DNA of 64,000 bases from IMG/VR virus record IMGVR_UViG_3300042894_006602; one strand, given 5' to 3'. The position numbers and the translations under genes were made by a program. Within the stretch, counting starts at the first letter, position 1. Every line of letters begins with the position of its first letter. Below, in pieces: positions 9,703 to 18,678 of this stretch. The DNA is from a virus. Lineage: Duplodnaviria > Heunggongvirae > Uroviricota > Caudoviricetes. The notes below the pieces were generated by a model. It searched no databases. It saw only the letters and a program-made list of their open reading frames with translations, and was not told the DNA's origin.

Positions 9703-10437
9703 TTAGTTTATAACTACTAAGTTTATTTTACCAGATAAATCTTCATATAAAAAGGAACAAGTTTCACAGAAATCACCAGTATTGTAATAATTTTTATTAT
9801 CTATTTTCTCAATAGCCGGTGTGTGTATGTGACCTATCATTATAGAGTCGCAACCAACCTCATCTAACTTTTTCATTGAGAGAATTTTAAAGTCATTTAT
9901 AAAAGCAATAGCATTTTTGACTTTAAGTTTTAAATATTGAGATAGTGACCAGTATTGCAGACCAAAAAACCTCCTAAACTTATTATACCAAGTGTTAATC
10001 TTAAAACTCATTTCATAAGCCCAATCACCTAATACATAAATAAACGGGTGTAGCCTAATAAAACCGTCAAACTGGTCACCGTGACATATATAGATTTTTT
10101 CACCAGAAACCGTTGTATGATAGTGCTCATCACAAAGCAGAATATCACCTATACTTATATTTTCTTCTTCGATTAATCCCCTTAAGTAAAAGTCATGATT
10201 TCCAAGAATGTAAACAACTTCTACTCCTTTTCTCGAGGATCTTAATATCTTTTGTATTACTGTCGAATGGTCTGACTTCCAATAGAATTTTCTTTTAAGT
10301 GAAGTCAAATCAATAAAATCACCAACTATAACTAATTTTTCATACTCGTAATCTTTAAGAACTTGTAAGAGTTTTTCAGCCTGACATTTTGATGTTCCTA
10401 AATGAACATCGGAAATGAATAAAGTTTTAATTTTCAT
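9703..10437 (-). CDS. LpxH-like calcineurin-type metallophosphoesterase
   Basis: Motifs LFISDVHLG, VGDFIDL, LGNHDF, CHGDQFD and GHIHTP align block by block with E. coli LpxH (UDP-2,3-diacylglucosamine diphosphatase). Confidence 0.6.
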   Translation of the reverse strand: MKIKTLFISDVHLGTSKCQAEKLLQVLKDYEYEKLVIVGDFIDLTSLKRKFYWKSDHSTVIQKILRSSRKGVEVVYILGNHDFYLRGLIEEENISIGDILLCDEHYHTTVSGEKIYICHGDQFDGFIRLHPFIYVLGDWAYEMSFKINTWYNKFRRFFGLQYWSLSQYLKLKVKNAIAFINDFKILSMKKLDEVGCDSIMIGHIHTPAIEKIDNKNYYNTGDFCETCSFLYEDLSGKINLVVIN

Positions 10438-10579
10438 CTTAAGTATTTATTTTTTTTAAAGATGAATTATTAAAAAAGTGAGTGGTTTTTTATGGTGTTG
10501 ATATTAAATTAAAGTTAAATTTTTGCTATAAAGAATGTTTTTTTATATATAGCTAAGAGGATAAAAATAAATTTAAGCT

Positions 10580-11125
10580 ATGGAAAAAGAATTATTAGAA
10601 AGTTATTTAAATGACGGACATTCACTAAATCAAATCTCAAAAATTACGGGAAAATCATTGACTAGTATCAGATATTGGAAAGATAAGTATTCTTTGAAAT
10701 CTTTATTTAGTTCAATTAAAGATAAAGCAGTTCAAGATTATGGTGAATATAGGTTTTGTCCGAGATGTAAAAAAGATATAAAGACAGACCAATTTTATAA
10801 AAGAAGAGGCAAAGAAAATAGCTCGGTATATTGTAAAAGTTGCACATCAGATCAGACTTTAGAAAGAATGAGAAAATTAAAATCTCAAATGATTGAATAT
10901 AAAGGTGGTTGTTGTGTCAGATGTGGTTATGATAAATATCAAGGTGCTTTAGAATTTCATCACTTAGATCCAAAAGAAAAAGATTTCAATCCTTCACGCC
11001 TAAAAAAATACTCTTTTGATGATAGAGTAAAGTTTGAGCTGGATAAGTGTATTTTAGTTTGTTCTAACTGTCACAGAGAAATTCATCACGAAATAAATCA
11101 AAAAGAAAAAGAGACCCAAATCTGA
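10580..11125 (+). CDS. HNH endonuclease with N-terminal HTH and Cys4 zinc finger
   Basis: CPRCKK...CKSC and GGCCVRCGY...HHLDP...N...CSNCHREIHHE fit the HNH fold. Confidence 0.65.
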   Translation: MEKELLESYLNDGHSLNQISKITGKSLTSIRYWKDKYSLKSLFSSIKDKAVQDYGEYRFCPRCKKDIKTDQFYKRRGKENSSVYCKSCTSDQTLERMRKLKSQMIEYKGGCCVRCGYDKYQGALEFHHLDPKEKDFNPSRLKKYSFDDRVKFELDKCILVCSNCHREIHHEINQKEKETQI

Positions 11126-11140
11126 GTCTCTTTTTTTTGT
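11111..11140 (+). terminator. rho-independent terminator (GAGAC...GTCTC + T8)
   Basis: Hairpin gagacccaaatctgagtctc followed by tttttttt immediately after the HNH gene stop. Confidence 0.7.
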
Positions 11141-11423
11141 GATCCCGTTTGGATTCGAACCAAAGACCTACTGCTTAGACATACCACTATAGTTTTCACT
11201 ACCATTTCTGTTTGTGGTCTGGACTATATCATCACCTTCAACATTACTTGTTAAGGTGCCTCCCCCTTAGTCTCTACACATTTCCTCATTTCTGAGGGTT
11301 AGCTCGGTATTACCATCACCTCGAAGTGTTAAGGCTTCACCGAATTCGAGAAGTTCTATTTAATCATTTCTGACTAAACGCCCCCTTTGAGGCAGTTGCT
11401 CTATCCAGCTGAGCTACGGGACC
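11140..11423 (-). tRNA. intron-containing tRNA gene, probably tRNA-Arg(UCU); exons 11390-11423 and 11140-11179
   Basis: Minus strand reads GGTCCCG-TA-GCTC-AGCTGGATA-GAGC-A-ACTGC-CT, then a 210-nt insert, then TCTAA-GCAGT-AGGTC-TTTGG-TTCGAAT-CCAAA-CGGGATC-A. Acceptor, D, anticodon and T stems all pair. The anticodon assignment depends on the inferred splice junction (after U33; omega-G at 11180). Confidence 0.6.
11180..11389 (-). other. group I intron (IC3-like) in tRNA anticodon loop
   Basis: The intron contains GAAUUCGGUGAAGCCUUAAC and GUGUAGAGACUAAGGGGGAGGCACC, close matches to the P4-P6 and P7/P3 strands of the Azoarcus tRNA-Ile and Anabaena tRNA-Leu introns (AAUUCGGCGAAACCUAAG / GUGUAGAGACUAGACGGCACC, recalled from memory). 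A short P1 forms between exon GCCU and intron GGGC. The terminal G precedes exon 2. There is no internal ORF. Confidence 0.75.
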
Positions 11424-11459
11424 CTTTATTTATAAGGCTTTCCGAAGATTACCTTTTTG

Positions 11460-11543
11460 TAGTCGAGGCGGGAGTCGAACCCGCACGGGCAAATGCCCAC
11501 AGGATTTTAAGTCCGGCGTGTCTACCTATTCCACCACTCGACC
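11460..11543 (-). tRNA. tRNA-Leu(UAA)
   Basis: Minus strand reads GGTCGAG..CTTAAAA..TGGGCATTTGCCCGT (long variable arm)..GCGGGTTCGACTCCCGC..CTCGACT-A. T-arm and acceptor pair cleanly. There is one C-U mismatch in the anticodon stem. Confidence 0.65.
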
Positions 11544-11711
11544 TTCTTATTACAAAGATAAAAATTTTATTTGAATTGTGCTATATTGTTTACTATTTTT
11601 TTTAAATATTTACAGAAATCGATGAACTCATTCAACGTAAAACTATTACGATGCTCTAGGTGCATCTGTGAAATGGCTTGCTGATATTTGGCAAACCACT
11701 TTTTAGATAAA

Positions 11712-12449
11712 TTATTTTAGTTTAAATCTTAAAGGGTCTAGGTATTCGTTTGGAACTGCATCAGTTGGTAAATCCGCCACTCCATCCGCATTCCAATCTA
11801 AATAAACAGGTCCCCAACCTATTGTTCCATCTGGTGAATTAGCACCAACACCAACTGGAAGTGTTGATTGACTTGTTATTTGAGTCATAAGTAGAAACTC
11901 AACAATAGTAATTCCAGATTCTAACTTAAATACTAATTTAGGATTTCTTCTACTACGAAGTATTGTTCCAACACCAAGTGAAAATCCACTATTCCCGGAT
12001 GGCTGTGTTACAGAAGTCTGTGTAACCATTTCAAGATAGAAATTTATAGCATCATCCAATGTAGGAAATGTATAGTTATAATCATCAACCTTAGTGAAAT
12101 TTATTTCAGAGTATGTAAATCCAAAAGATTGTGTTCCTAATAAATTATTAGAATTAATATTAGAAACTGTAGTATCTAAATCTAATTGAGGATAAATCCA
12201 AGCTGTATTATAAGGAGTTCCTGCATATCCATTAATCCACTCTAACGTAATTGTTCCTCCAGCTCCAGCTCCAGCAGCTGCATTAGAAGCATTTGATACA
12301 GACTCATACATTTTTATTCTTTTTAAATAATCCTGTCTTTGTTTTTCTCTAATATCGTAGATTTCTTTTTCTTTTTGTGCTTCAGATTCCCTTTTAGATT
12401 TTAAATCTTTCTGCATTTTTTCCCAGATTTCTTCTAATGATTTTCCCAT
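11712..12449 (-). CDS. hypothetical protein with N-terminal coiled-coil/charged region
   Basis: Long ORF with no recognisable catalytic motif. Confidence 0.5.
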   Translation of the reverse strand: MGKSLEEIWEKMQKDLKSKRESEAQKEKEIYDIREKQRQDYLKRIKMYESVSNASNAAAGAGAGGTITLEWINGYAGTPYNTAWIYPQLDLDTTVSNINSNNLLGTQSFGFTYSEINFTKVDDYNYTFPTLDDAINFYLEMVTQTSVTQPSGNSGFSLGVGTILRSRRNPKLVFKLESGITIVEFLLMTQITSQSTLPVGVGANSPDGTIGWGPVYLDWNADGVADLPTDAVPNEYLDPLRFKLK

Positions 12450-12474
12450 AGACTATATATTAGAAATTAAACTT

Positions 12475-13101
12475 CTAAAATACCAATACCAAACTGTCTA
12501 AATTTTTACCAATTACTTTATAAATTGGTTTTCTACCGTGTGGTTCAATCTTTCCAATTGGTGGTTCAACCACCACAACTCCCAATTCAGAAAACTTCTT
12601 ATAATAATCTTTAACTTGTGTTTCGGTTTTATTTGAAACACCACCCCAGCCCCAAGAACCTTGTACAACATAAAGTTTAGCATTTGGAAACTTTACTTTA
12701 CATTCAGTGACTAATTCTGAAATCTTATCGTTTTTATTAAAACCACCATTTGTTCCAATAACAATTGCTAAATTAGTTACTGTTGTATCACCTTTATAAA
12801 CTTTGACTGCTTCTAATAACCAACTTAAAGATTTACCACCTAACCAAAGAGAACTTTCAGAACCTACAGTTGAAATTAAATTAAAACTCTGACTTCCCCA
12901 GTCAACATAAGGAGATTGTGAATCACCTATGATAATATTCTTTTGAGGTAATACTTTTACTTCTTTCTTCACGGTTTTTTTAACTTCAACTAATTTACTA
13001 TCATAAGTTGATGAATAACAAACTGTGAATAATAAAAATACTAGTATTCTCATGATAAGAAAAGAATTGTCAAAGAGATTGCGACAAACGCAACTGTACA
13101 A
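12475..13101 (-). CDS. secreted SGNH/GDSL-like hydrolase (tentative)
   Basis: Signal peptide. IIIGDSQS (GDS block), GGKS and GTNGG blocks resemble the SGNH family. Weak. Confidence 0.4.
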   Translation of the reverse strand: MYSCVCRNLFDNSFLIMRILVFLLFTVCYSSTYDSKLVEVKKTVKKEVKVLPQKNIIIGDSQSPYVDWGSQSFNLISTVGSESSLWLGGKSLSWLLEAVKVYKGDTTVTNLAIVIGTNGGFNKNDKISELVTECKVKFPNAKLYVVQGSWGWGGVSNKTETQVKDYYKKFSELGVVVVEPPIGKIEPHGRKPIYKVIGKNLDSLVLVF

Positions 13102-13330
13102 TAAAATACAATCTTAGCGGATGTCTCATATTGTGCTTTACGTTTTCCTTGAAAATCAAAATTATCCATAGTTTAAAATTCTTCTTTAATAAATGCCCAC
13201 ATTAAAATATAAATCCAGAAGCCACCTCCGAATATAAAAATAAGTCTAAAAAGCCAAGCATCAATTCCAGTTGCTTTTGCTAGTCCGCCGCAAACACCTG
13301 CGACTATTCTATCAGTTTTACTTCTTTTCA

Positions 13331-13627
13331 TTATTTATGTTTTTCTAGTGTATCTATTCCAGTTTCACACACACCAAGATTATAGTGAATTGGATTTTTA
13401 CAATTTCCTTTGTGTGATCCCCATCTGTCTTTTCCGTATCCAACTACAACATATTCACACCCTTCAAGAGTATAGACTTTGTAGTTTTGGTCAGAGTATC
13501 GTGATTTTGGATCAAGTTGAAAGCGTTTTGATGCGGGAGCTTTTATTCCTTTATTTTCATCACACGAGTTGATAATGATTGGTAAAAAGAATAAAACCAA
13601 CAGTAAAGTTATAAATGTTGTTCTCAT
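13331..13627 (-). CDS. small secreted Cys-containing protein
   Basis: Signal peptide MRTTFITLLLVLFFLPIIINSC. Confidence 0.45.
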   Translation of the reverse strand: MRTTFITLLLVLFFLPIIINSCDENKGIKAPASKRFQLDPKSRYSDQNYKVYTLEGCEYVVVGYGKDRWGSHKGNCKNPIHYNLGVCETGIDTLEKHK

Positions 13628-13628
13628 A

Positions 13629-13844
13629 TTAAATATAAATTGGATTATCGTTTAAGTAAATTAAAAAAATAAGTAATAGAATAGTTATATATCCCATTAC
13701 AAACCATCTTGTTTTCGGGGCAAATCCTTCTGAGATTTCAATGCCTAAAAATTTTCTCTTATCAACCCAGACTTCTTCGTAAGAAGCTTTTGTGATAATA
13801 CAAGACATAATAAAAAGTAAAAATACAATTAGTTTTAGTTCCAT
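13629..13844 (-). CDS. small membrane protein
   Basis: Two hydrophobic segments. Stop-start is adjacent to the 13331-13627 gene. Confidence 0.4.
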   Translation of the reverse strand: MELKLIVFLLFIMSCIITKASYEEVWVDKRKFLGIEISEGFAPKTRWFVMGYITILLLIFLIYLNDNPIYI

Positions 13845-13899
13845 TCTGATTTAATTTAATAGGGTAGTGATAATAATATCACCACCCTATTTTTGATTA

Positions 13900-14850
13900 T
13901 TATTGTTTAATGTTTAAAAACGTTCCTGAGCCACCAGCAACTGTTGTTGGAAGTTTTCCATCCCAAGCATTCGCTTTCAAGTATTCGATATACAATGGAG
14001 AAAGTTCACTTTGTTTAATCTTAATAGCTTTTGCTGCTGCGTTCGCGTTAATCACAGTTTCTGCAGAATCTGCTCTTGCTACAGCTACCTTACGTCTTCC
14101 CTCAGAGATTGCTGCAATCGCTTGTTGTTCAGACGCTTCAGCTTGTTGAATTGCTTTTGTTTTTGCGATAATTGATTCTTGTAGTGTTTCCGGTGGTGTA
14201 ATATTAGTTCTTAACTGACTTACATTAAACCATTTAGATAGTCTCACATTACATTCTAAAACTATAGCTGATTCAAATGCTTGTCGGTGATTAAAGATAC
14301 TATCAACTTCCCAGGTATTTGCCACGTCATTAACTGCTCCAATAATAGCGTTTTTAAGCCAACCCTTTTCAACTTCATTAATAGGAAGTCTTAAGTTAAC
14401 AAACATATCACCAATAGCATCTTCTCTTAAAGAGTAGTTGAATGTTGGTTTAATCGTTGCTGAGAAACCACCTTTAAGAATTACACCTTGGTCTTCATAC
14501 TCAATGTGTTGTTGGTATGTTGGAAACTCCAATACTTGTTCAGTCCAAGTGTTATACAATACCCAACCTGTTTTGTATTGGTAAGAAGATACACCTCGTT
14601 GGTCACCAACTAAATTAATTTTTAATCCTTTGTGTCCGGCATCAACTTTTTCAATTGCGAATGGTTGTATCATTGATATTACAATACCGGCTACAAAAAT
14701 ACCAATAGGCTTAATTAGCCACGATGCGCTAAATTTTTCAACTTGGTTTCCATATCTATTTGTGCCTTTCACAAACATACTACCTCTTGTTTTAAGCGCG
14801 GTGAGGACTGCCGCAATTAAAAACACTACAAAAATTACTGTACTAATCAT
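13900..14850 (-). CDS. SPFH/band-7 (stomatin/HflK-like) membrane protein
   Basis: N-terminal TM helix followed by an SPFH-like core and an alanine-rich coiled-coil tail (AIQQAEASEQQAIAAISEGRRKVAVARADSAE...), as in the HflK/C and stomatin families. Confidence 0.65.
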   Translation of the reverse strand: MISTVIFVVFLIAAVLTALKTRGSMFVKGTNRYGNQVEKFSASWLIKPIGIFVAGIVISMIQPFAIEKVDAGHKGLKINLVGDQRGVSSYQYKTGWVLYNTWTEQVLEFPTYQQHIEYEDQGVILKGGFSATIKPTFNYSLREDAIGDMFVNLRLPINEVEKGWLKNAIIGAVNDVANTWEVDSIFNHRQAFESAIVLECNVRLSKWFNVSQLRTNITPPETLQESIIAKTKAIQQAEASEQQAIAAISEGRRKVAVARADSAETVINANAAAKAIKIKQSELSPLYIEYLKANAWDGKLPTTVAGGSGTFLNIKQ

Positions 14851-14856
14851 TTTTCT

Positions 14857-15045
14857 TTATTTTTTATTTATAACTTTAATGGTTTCGTTTACTACTAACG
14901 TCAAGAGTCCAACCATTCCAACGAAACCTACAAGTTGGATGAACCCGTTTACTTCTCTACTTACGACATACTCACCGTAATAAGTGGTCCCAGCAATAAG
15001 TGCTATCCACATCAAGAATACTTTAAAATACTTCATTTTTATCAT
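14857..15045 (-). CDS. small membrane protein
   Basis: Two TM helices. Downstream partner of the SPFH gene (a pairing like SPFH with NfeD/YuaF). Confidence 0.4.
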   Translation of the reverse strand: MIKMKYFKVFLMWIALIAGTTYYGEYVVSREVNGFIQLVGFVGMVGLLTLVVNETIKVINKK

Positions 15046-15053
15046 TACATTTT

Positions 15054-15275
15054 TTATTTAATTTCTAATACATTTTCAATTTTAGCGTCTCTTATATCCT
15101 CTAAGTCTACATAATAGATGATAGCGGTATATCTGTAAGAGCTAGTAGTAGCCGCAGTTGAATAATCAGTTTTAATTATCTGTCTCACATCAATTGTCTG
15201 TAGAAATTCACTCATTTCACCTTCGAGACGAGTTGAATATTCACCATAAAATATTTTTACTTTAGCGTTTATCAT
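15054..15275 (-). CDS. small hypothetical protein
   Basis: ORF only. Confidence 0.35.
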   Translation of the reverse strand: MINAKVKIFYGEYSTRLEGEMSEFLQTIDVRQIIKTDYSTAATTSSYRYTAIIYYVDLEDIRDAKIENVLEIK

Positions 15276-15547
15276 TTATTACGGTTAGCCCAATACTGGT
15301 TGTGATTAATATTTGAATTTTTAGGACGAGGAATTTTACCTAATTTAATAAGTTTGTTCCATTGAAGTCTTTCGTGGTATTTACCAACGATAAATGCGGT
15401 AATAGCTACCGGAATAATAATAAATGTTATCATAAACTTGGGATTAAAAATGTAAGAATTAATAATGCTACCGGAATTGAAAAAATAAGACAGATCTCAA
15501 ATATTTCGTAAGGTGTTAACTTTTTCATTTTTTATTTATTAAAAAAG

Positions 15548-15574
15548 TTATCAAAGGATTACCCTTTGATAACT
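15548..15574 (-). terminator. terminator hairpin GTTATCAAAGG/CCTTTGATAAC
   Basis: A perfect 11-bp stem overlapping the stop of the 15559-16176 gene. The minus strand continues with TTTTTTAATAAAT. Confidence 0.5.
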
Positions 15575-16176
15575 TCAACGTTTTTAAGTGCTACTACTGG
15601 TTTAACAGCTTCCATTACTTCAACAACATCACCGTATTGGTTCAATTTGTCGATGGTTCCTTTAGCAACAGAGTATTTAGTTGTGGCTTTGATGATTTTC
15701 TCTTTGTCAGCGTCTGTGATATCAGCACAGTTCTCGATAAGCATTGAAAGAACTTCACCGTATTTCTCAATCATAGCAGAGTCAAATGAGAAAGTAGTTT
15801 CTTCTTCAACGATTTCTTCACCGTAAGTCTCACGAAGTTCCTCGGCACGAGCCTCAGTAACTGTGATGTACTTGTCTGATGGTACAAACATAACTTGTGC
15901 TGTGTCTCCTGCTACTTCTTGAACAATCATAACAGACTCTGGATTTTTACCAGTTTTGTCGTAGTATTGAGCCCACTCAGTTTTAGCCAAGTCTTTGATT
16001 TCGTCAGAAATCATGTCAGCTTGAGCCTTAGCTGATTTCAAAGTATCGTTTAGTTGCTCCAACTTCTCAACTTTTGAGAAGAAGTTAGCGTCAGTAACTT
16101 GAAGACGGATTTTTTTGTCTTTTGCACTTTTTGTCTTTTCAACTTGATTTTTTTTGGCTTTTGCGAATAAACTCAT
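15559..16176 (-). CDS. hypothetical acidic protein (205 aa)
   Basis: ORF with noticeably higher GC than its surroundings. No recognisable motif. Confidence 0.5.
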   Translation of the reverse strand: MSLFAKAKKNQVEKTKSAKDKKIRLQVTDANFFSKVEKLEQLNDTLKSAKAQADMISDEIKDLAKTEWAQYYDKTGKNPESVMIVQEVAGDTAQVMFVPSDKYITVTEARAEELRETYGEEIVEEETTFSFDSAMIEKYGEVLSMLIENCADITDADKEKIIKATTKYSVAKGTIDKLNQYGDVVEVMEAVKPVVALKNVEVIKG

Positions 16177-16220
16177 AATTTTCTTTGTTTTTTAAATTTG
16201 TAGTGATTAATTTTCTTTTA

Positions 16221-16324
16221 CAAAGATAAGGACATTCTCTGGTTTCACCAAATATTTCCTTATCTTTTTTTCTGATTGTTGTATCTAAATCGTTGCCTCA
16301 ATCAGACAATACAAATATACGGAA
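16221..16324. repeat. 104-bp intergenic repeat, copy 1
   Basis: About 80 bp are nearly identical (1 mismatch) to 17236-17314. Contains CAAAGATAAG, which on the minus strand gives a Bacteroidetes -7 box (TAtcTTTG), and the inverted repeat CTGATTG..CAATCAG. Confidence 0.7.
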
Positions 16325-16345
16325 CATTTTTTATTTGACAAATTA

Positions 16346-16702
16346 TTATTGAATTTGTTTGTTAATAACATCAACTTTTTTAGATACATCGAAGCTCCCT
16401 TCTGGTAACCAAGAACTAACATTAGTGATACAGAAGTATTCTCCCACATGAGCGTTCATCCAAACTTCCTGAGAAAAGTAGTAAGTGCCTAAATTACCAG
16501 AACATTCGTTTTGAATTGTTAGAGAGTAATACATATTTCCAGCACCATCAAATACAATATCATCATTTGTAATAGTACCACAGTTGCAGTTTTCTGTTGG
16601 TGTAGTTGTTGTTGTAGAATTTGGCTTGATTTCTTCTTTCTTACAAGATGTCAAGCTAATAGCGATTAAGATACTTACAATGATTGATTTAATTGTTTTC
16701 AT
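16346..16702 (-). CDS. lipoprotein (118 aa)
   Basis: Signal peptide ending LTSC (lipobox-like), Thr-rich linker and Cys-rich body. Confidence 0.5.
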   Translation of the reverse strand: MKTIKSIIVSILIAISLTSCKKEEIKPNSTTTTTPTENCNCGTITNDDIVFDGAGNMYYSLTIQNECSGNLGTYYFSQEVWMNAHVGEYFCITNVSSWLPEGSFDVSKKVDVINKQIQ

Positions 16703-16764
16703 AGATTTTGTGTTTTTAAGTTGTTAATAATTGATTTCTGTAAAAGATAAGAATTTTTTTAAAA

Positions 16765-17175
16765 TTATTTCAATCCCAAAGAGAATTTTTCTAATTCAAA
16801 TCCTGCCTTTTTTTGATTATTATTAGATGAAATTTGTAGAGATAGTGTAGCTACTGCAGTTCCTCCTAAAAGAACATAACCAAATACTGGTGTTTGACCT
16901 CTTGTAAAATCTTTTGTAATTAAAATTGATGAAACTACACCACCGATTAATCCGATTGCTATAGATTGATTTCTTTGTTTTGCGGATTTCATATTAAATT
17001 GAGAGGATCTCATCATAGTCTCCTTCATTAATTTATTTTGCAAATCCAATTCCTGAACTCTATATTTAAGAATATCAAATTCATAAGTGAGGTTTTCAGA
17101 GTTTTCTGTCTGTGAGTAAAATACACCTGATGTAAGTGTGAATAAGAAGATTAAGATAAATTTAAAAGTTTTCAT
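16765..17175 (-). CDS. secreted/membrane protein (136 aa)
   Basis: Signal peptide plus an internal TM segment (IAIGLIGGVVSSILIT). Confidence 0.5.
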   Translation of the reverse strand: MKTFKFILIFLFTLTSGVFYSQTENSENLTYEFDILKYRVQELDLQNKLMKETMMRSSQFNMKSAKQRNQSIAIGLIGGVVSSILITKDFTRGQTPVFGYVLLGGTAVATLSLQISSNNNQKKAGFELEKFSLGLK

Positions 17176-17210
17176 AAAAATTTGTTTTTAGTGGTTAATA
17201 ATTAATAATA

Positions 17211-17314
17211 CAAAGATAAGAAGTTTTTGTAAATTCACCAAATATTTTCTTATCTTTTTTTCTGATTGTTGTATCTAAATCGTTGCCTCAATCAGACAAT
17301 ACAAATATACGGAA
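17211..17314. repeat. 104-bp intergenic repeat, copy 2
   Basis: See copy 1. Lies upstream (minus-strand sense) of the 16765-17175 gene. Confidence 0.7.
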
Positions 17315-17333
17315 ATTATTCTAAATGTCAAAT

Positions 17334-18677
17334 TTATTTTTCAGTATCGTAGTCTTCACCTACCCTTACAGTATTACGCTTTGCAAATAAAAGTTGATGT
17401 ACTCTCTCAATCGTATTATTTGTATTATTGGTTGCGTCATCGATAACCTGTTCAATAGATATTCTGAAAACAACGAGTTCAAGTTCTTCTTCTCTTCTTA
17501 CATATAATACTCTAGTTCTTGTTGAGGGTAAAAAAACACACATTGGATATTTGTTGAAAGTTAATAAATTGTATGTTCTGAATTCTTTATCAAAATTTGA
17601 AGTTTCTTGATCTCTATAATATTTGGCATCACCGATGAATTTCTTATTGTTGTAAATTGAAAATATATCAGGTCTTGATTCAACATCGAGTTCGTATGTA
17701 AGATAAAATCCCGGTGTTTCTCTAAGTTCGATTTTTTTATCTTTTATTTTATTACTATAAATAAATTTTTCCATTTCACTTTCAGTTTGAAACCATTTGG
17801 TTCTGGTCTCGATTCTTTTGAAATTGTTATCTAATTTATTCTTAAATTCAATATTATGATGAAGAGCTTTCTGAATCAGCCTTTCCCAAACAAATTGAAA
17901 CTCACTTGTATAAAATGCTTTTACATCTATTTTCTTTCCGGAGATTTTCATTGATTCAAAGTAGGCCAGTAATGTATTTTTAATCGGATAGTGAATAATT
18001 CCGACTTGACAATTATTTACATCATGTATCATTTTTATTGAATTTGAAATGTCTATGTTTTTTATTTTGTATCCTTCTGAATCTAAAAATTTTTTCATTT
18101 GTAGAACTTCTCTTCTATCATTGTGTTTTTGTGATAATTCATCAATGACAGACCAATAAATATCATCAATGTTCCAATCTTTATTATTTTTAATATCTTT
18201 TATATCGTAAGTTATTCCTGGGCCTTTTTGTCTTCTATTTTTTAAAGTTGAGAAAACATCTATCTTTCCACCCCTGACTGGACTTGTAGAATGTTTTTTA
18301 ATAGTTTTATTTGGATAAATAAAGCCATATGTTATAAAATCTAAAAAATAGCCTTTTAATTGTTGATAATAAAACTTCTCGGATTTGTATTCACCTGATT
18401 TATTAATTAAAAAAGAAGTTTTTTGACCTAAGCTTTTACCATCTATTTCCTTGTATTTTTCTAAGACTTTATCAAATAGTTCGGTATTTTCAGGTGGAAA
18501 ATTTTTCGGAACTGAATAAAATTTATTTTCTGGAGTTTTTATTTCACCAACAAATTTTGAAAAAAAAACACCACCTCTAACATCTATGAAACCATGATCT
18601 CTGAAAAAATTTAATTCATCAGTTGTCAAATCTGATTTAGGATAAGCTTCAGACTCTGTGAAAATTTTTTTATACAT
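17334..18677 (-). CDS. McrC-like PD-(D/E)xK nuclease subunit (candidate)
   Basis: C-terminal ..RPDIFSIY..FIGDAKYY.. gives PD...D-A-K, a PD-(D/E)xK signature. The start sits 2 nt after the stop of the upstream P-loop NTPase gene, as in mcrBC operons. Confidence 0.4.
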   Translation of the reverse strand: MYKKIFTESEAYPKSDLTTDELNFFRDHGFIDVRGGVFFSKFVGEIKTPENKFYSVPKNFPPENTELFDKVLEKYKEIDGKSLGQKTSFLINKSGEYKSEKFYYQQLKGYFLDFITYGFIYPNKTIKKHSTSPVRGGKIDVFSTLKNRRQKGPGITYDIKDIKNNKDWNIDDIYWSVIDELSQKHNDRREVLQMKKFLDSEGYKIKNIDISNSIKMIHDVNNCQVGIIHYPIKNTLLAYFESMKISGKKIDVKAFYTSEFQFVWERLIQKALHHNIEFKNKLDNNFKRIETRTKWFQTESEMEKFIYSNKIKDKKIELRETPGFYLTYELDVESRPDIFSIYNNKKFIGDAKYYRDQETSNFDKEFRTYNLLTFNKYPMCVFLPSTRTRVLYVRREEELELVVFRISIEQVIDDATNNTNNTIERVHQLLFAKRNTVRVGEDYDTEK

Positions 18678-18678
18678 T

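Noticed and set aside
11387-11605. 72-aa plus-strand ORF (MRQLLYPAELRDPLF...)
   Set aside because: It lies entirely over the two minus-strand tRNA genes and the intron 5' exon, so it is not a real CDS.
16221-16324. Hairpin CTGATTG..CAATCAG in the 104-bp repeat as a transcription terminator
   Set aside because: The U-tract is on the wrong side of the stem for either strand (T-run precedes the stem on plus, and an A-run follows it on minus).
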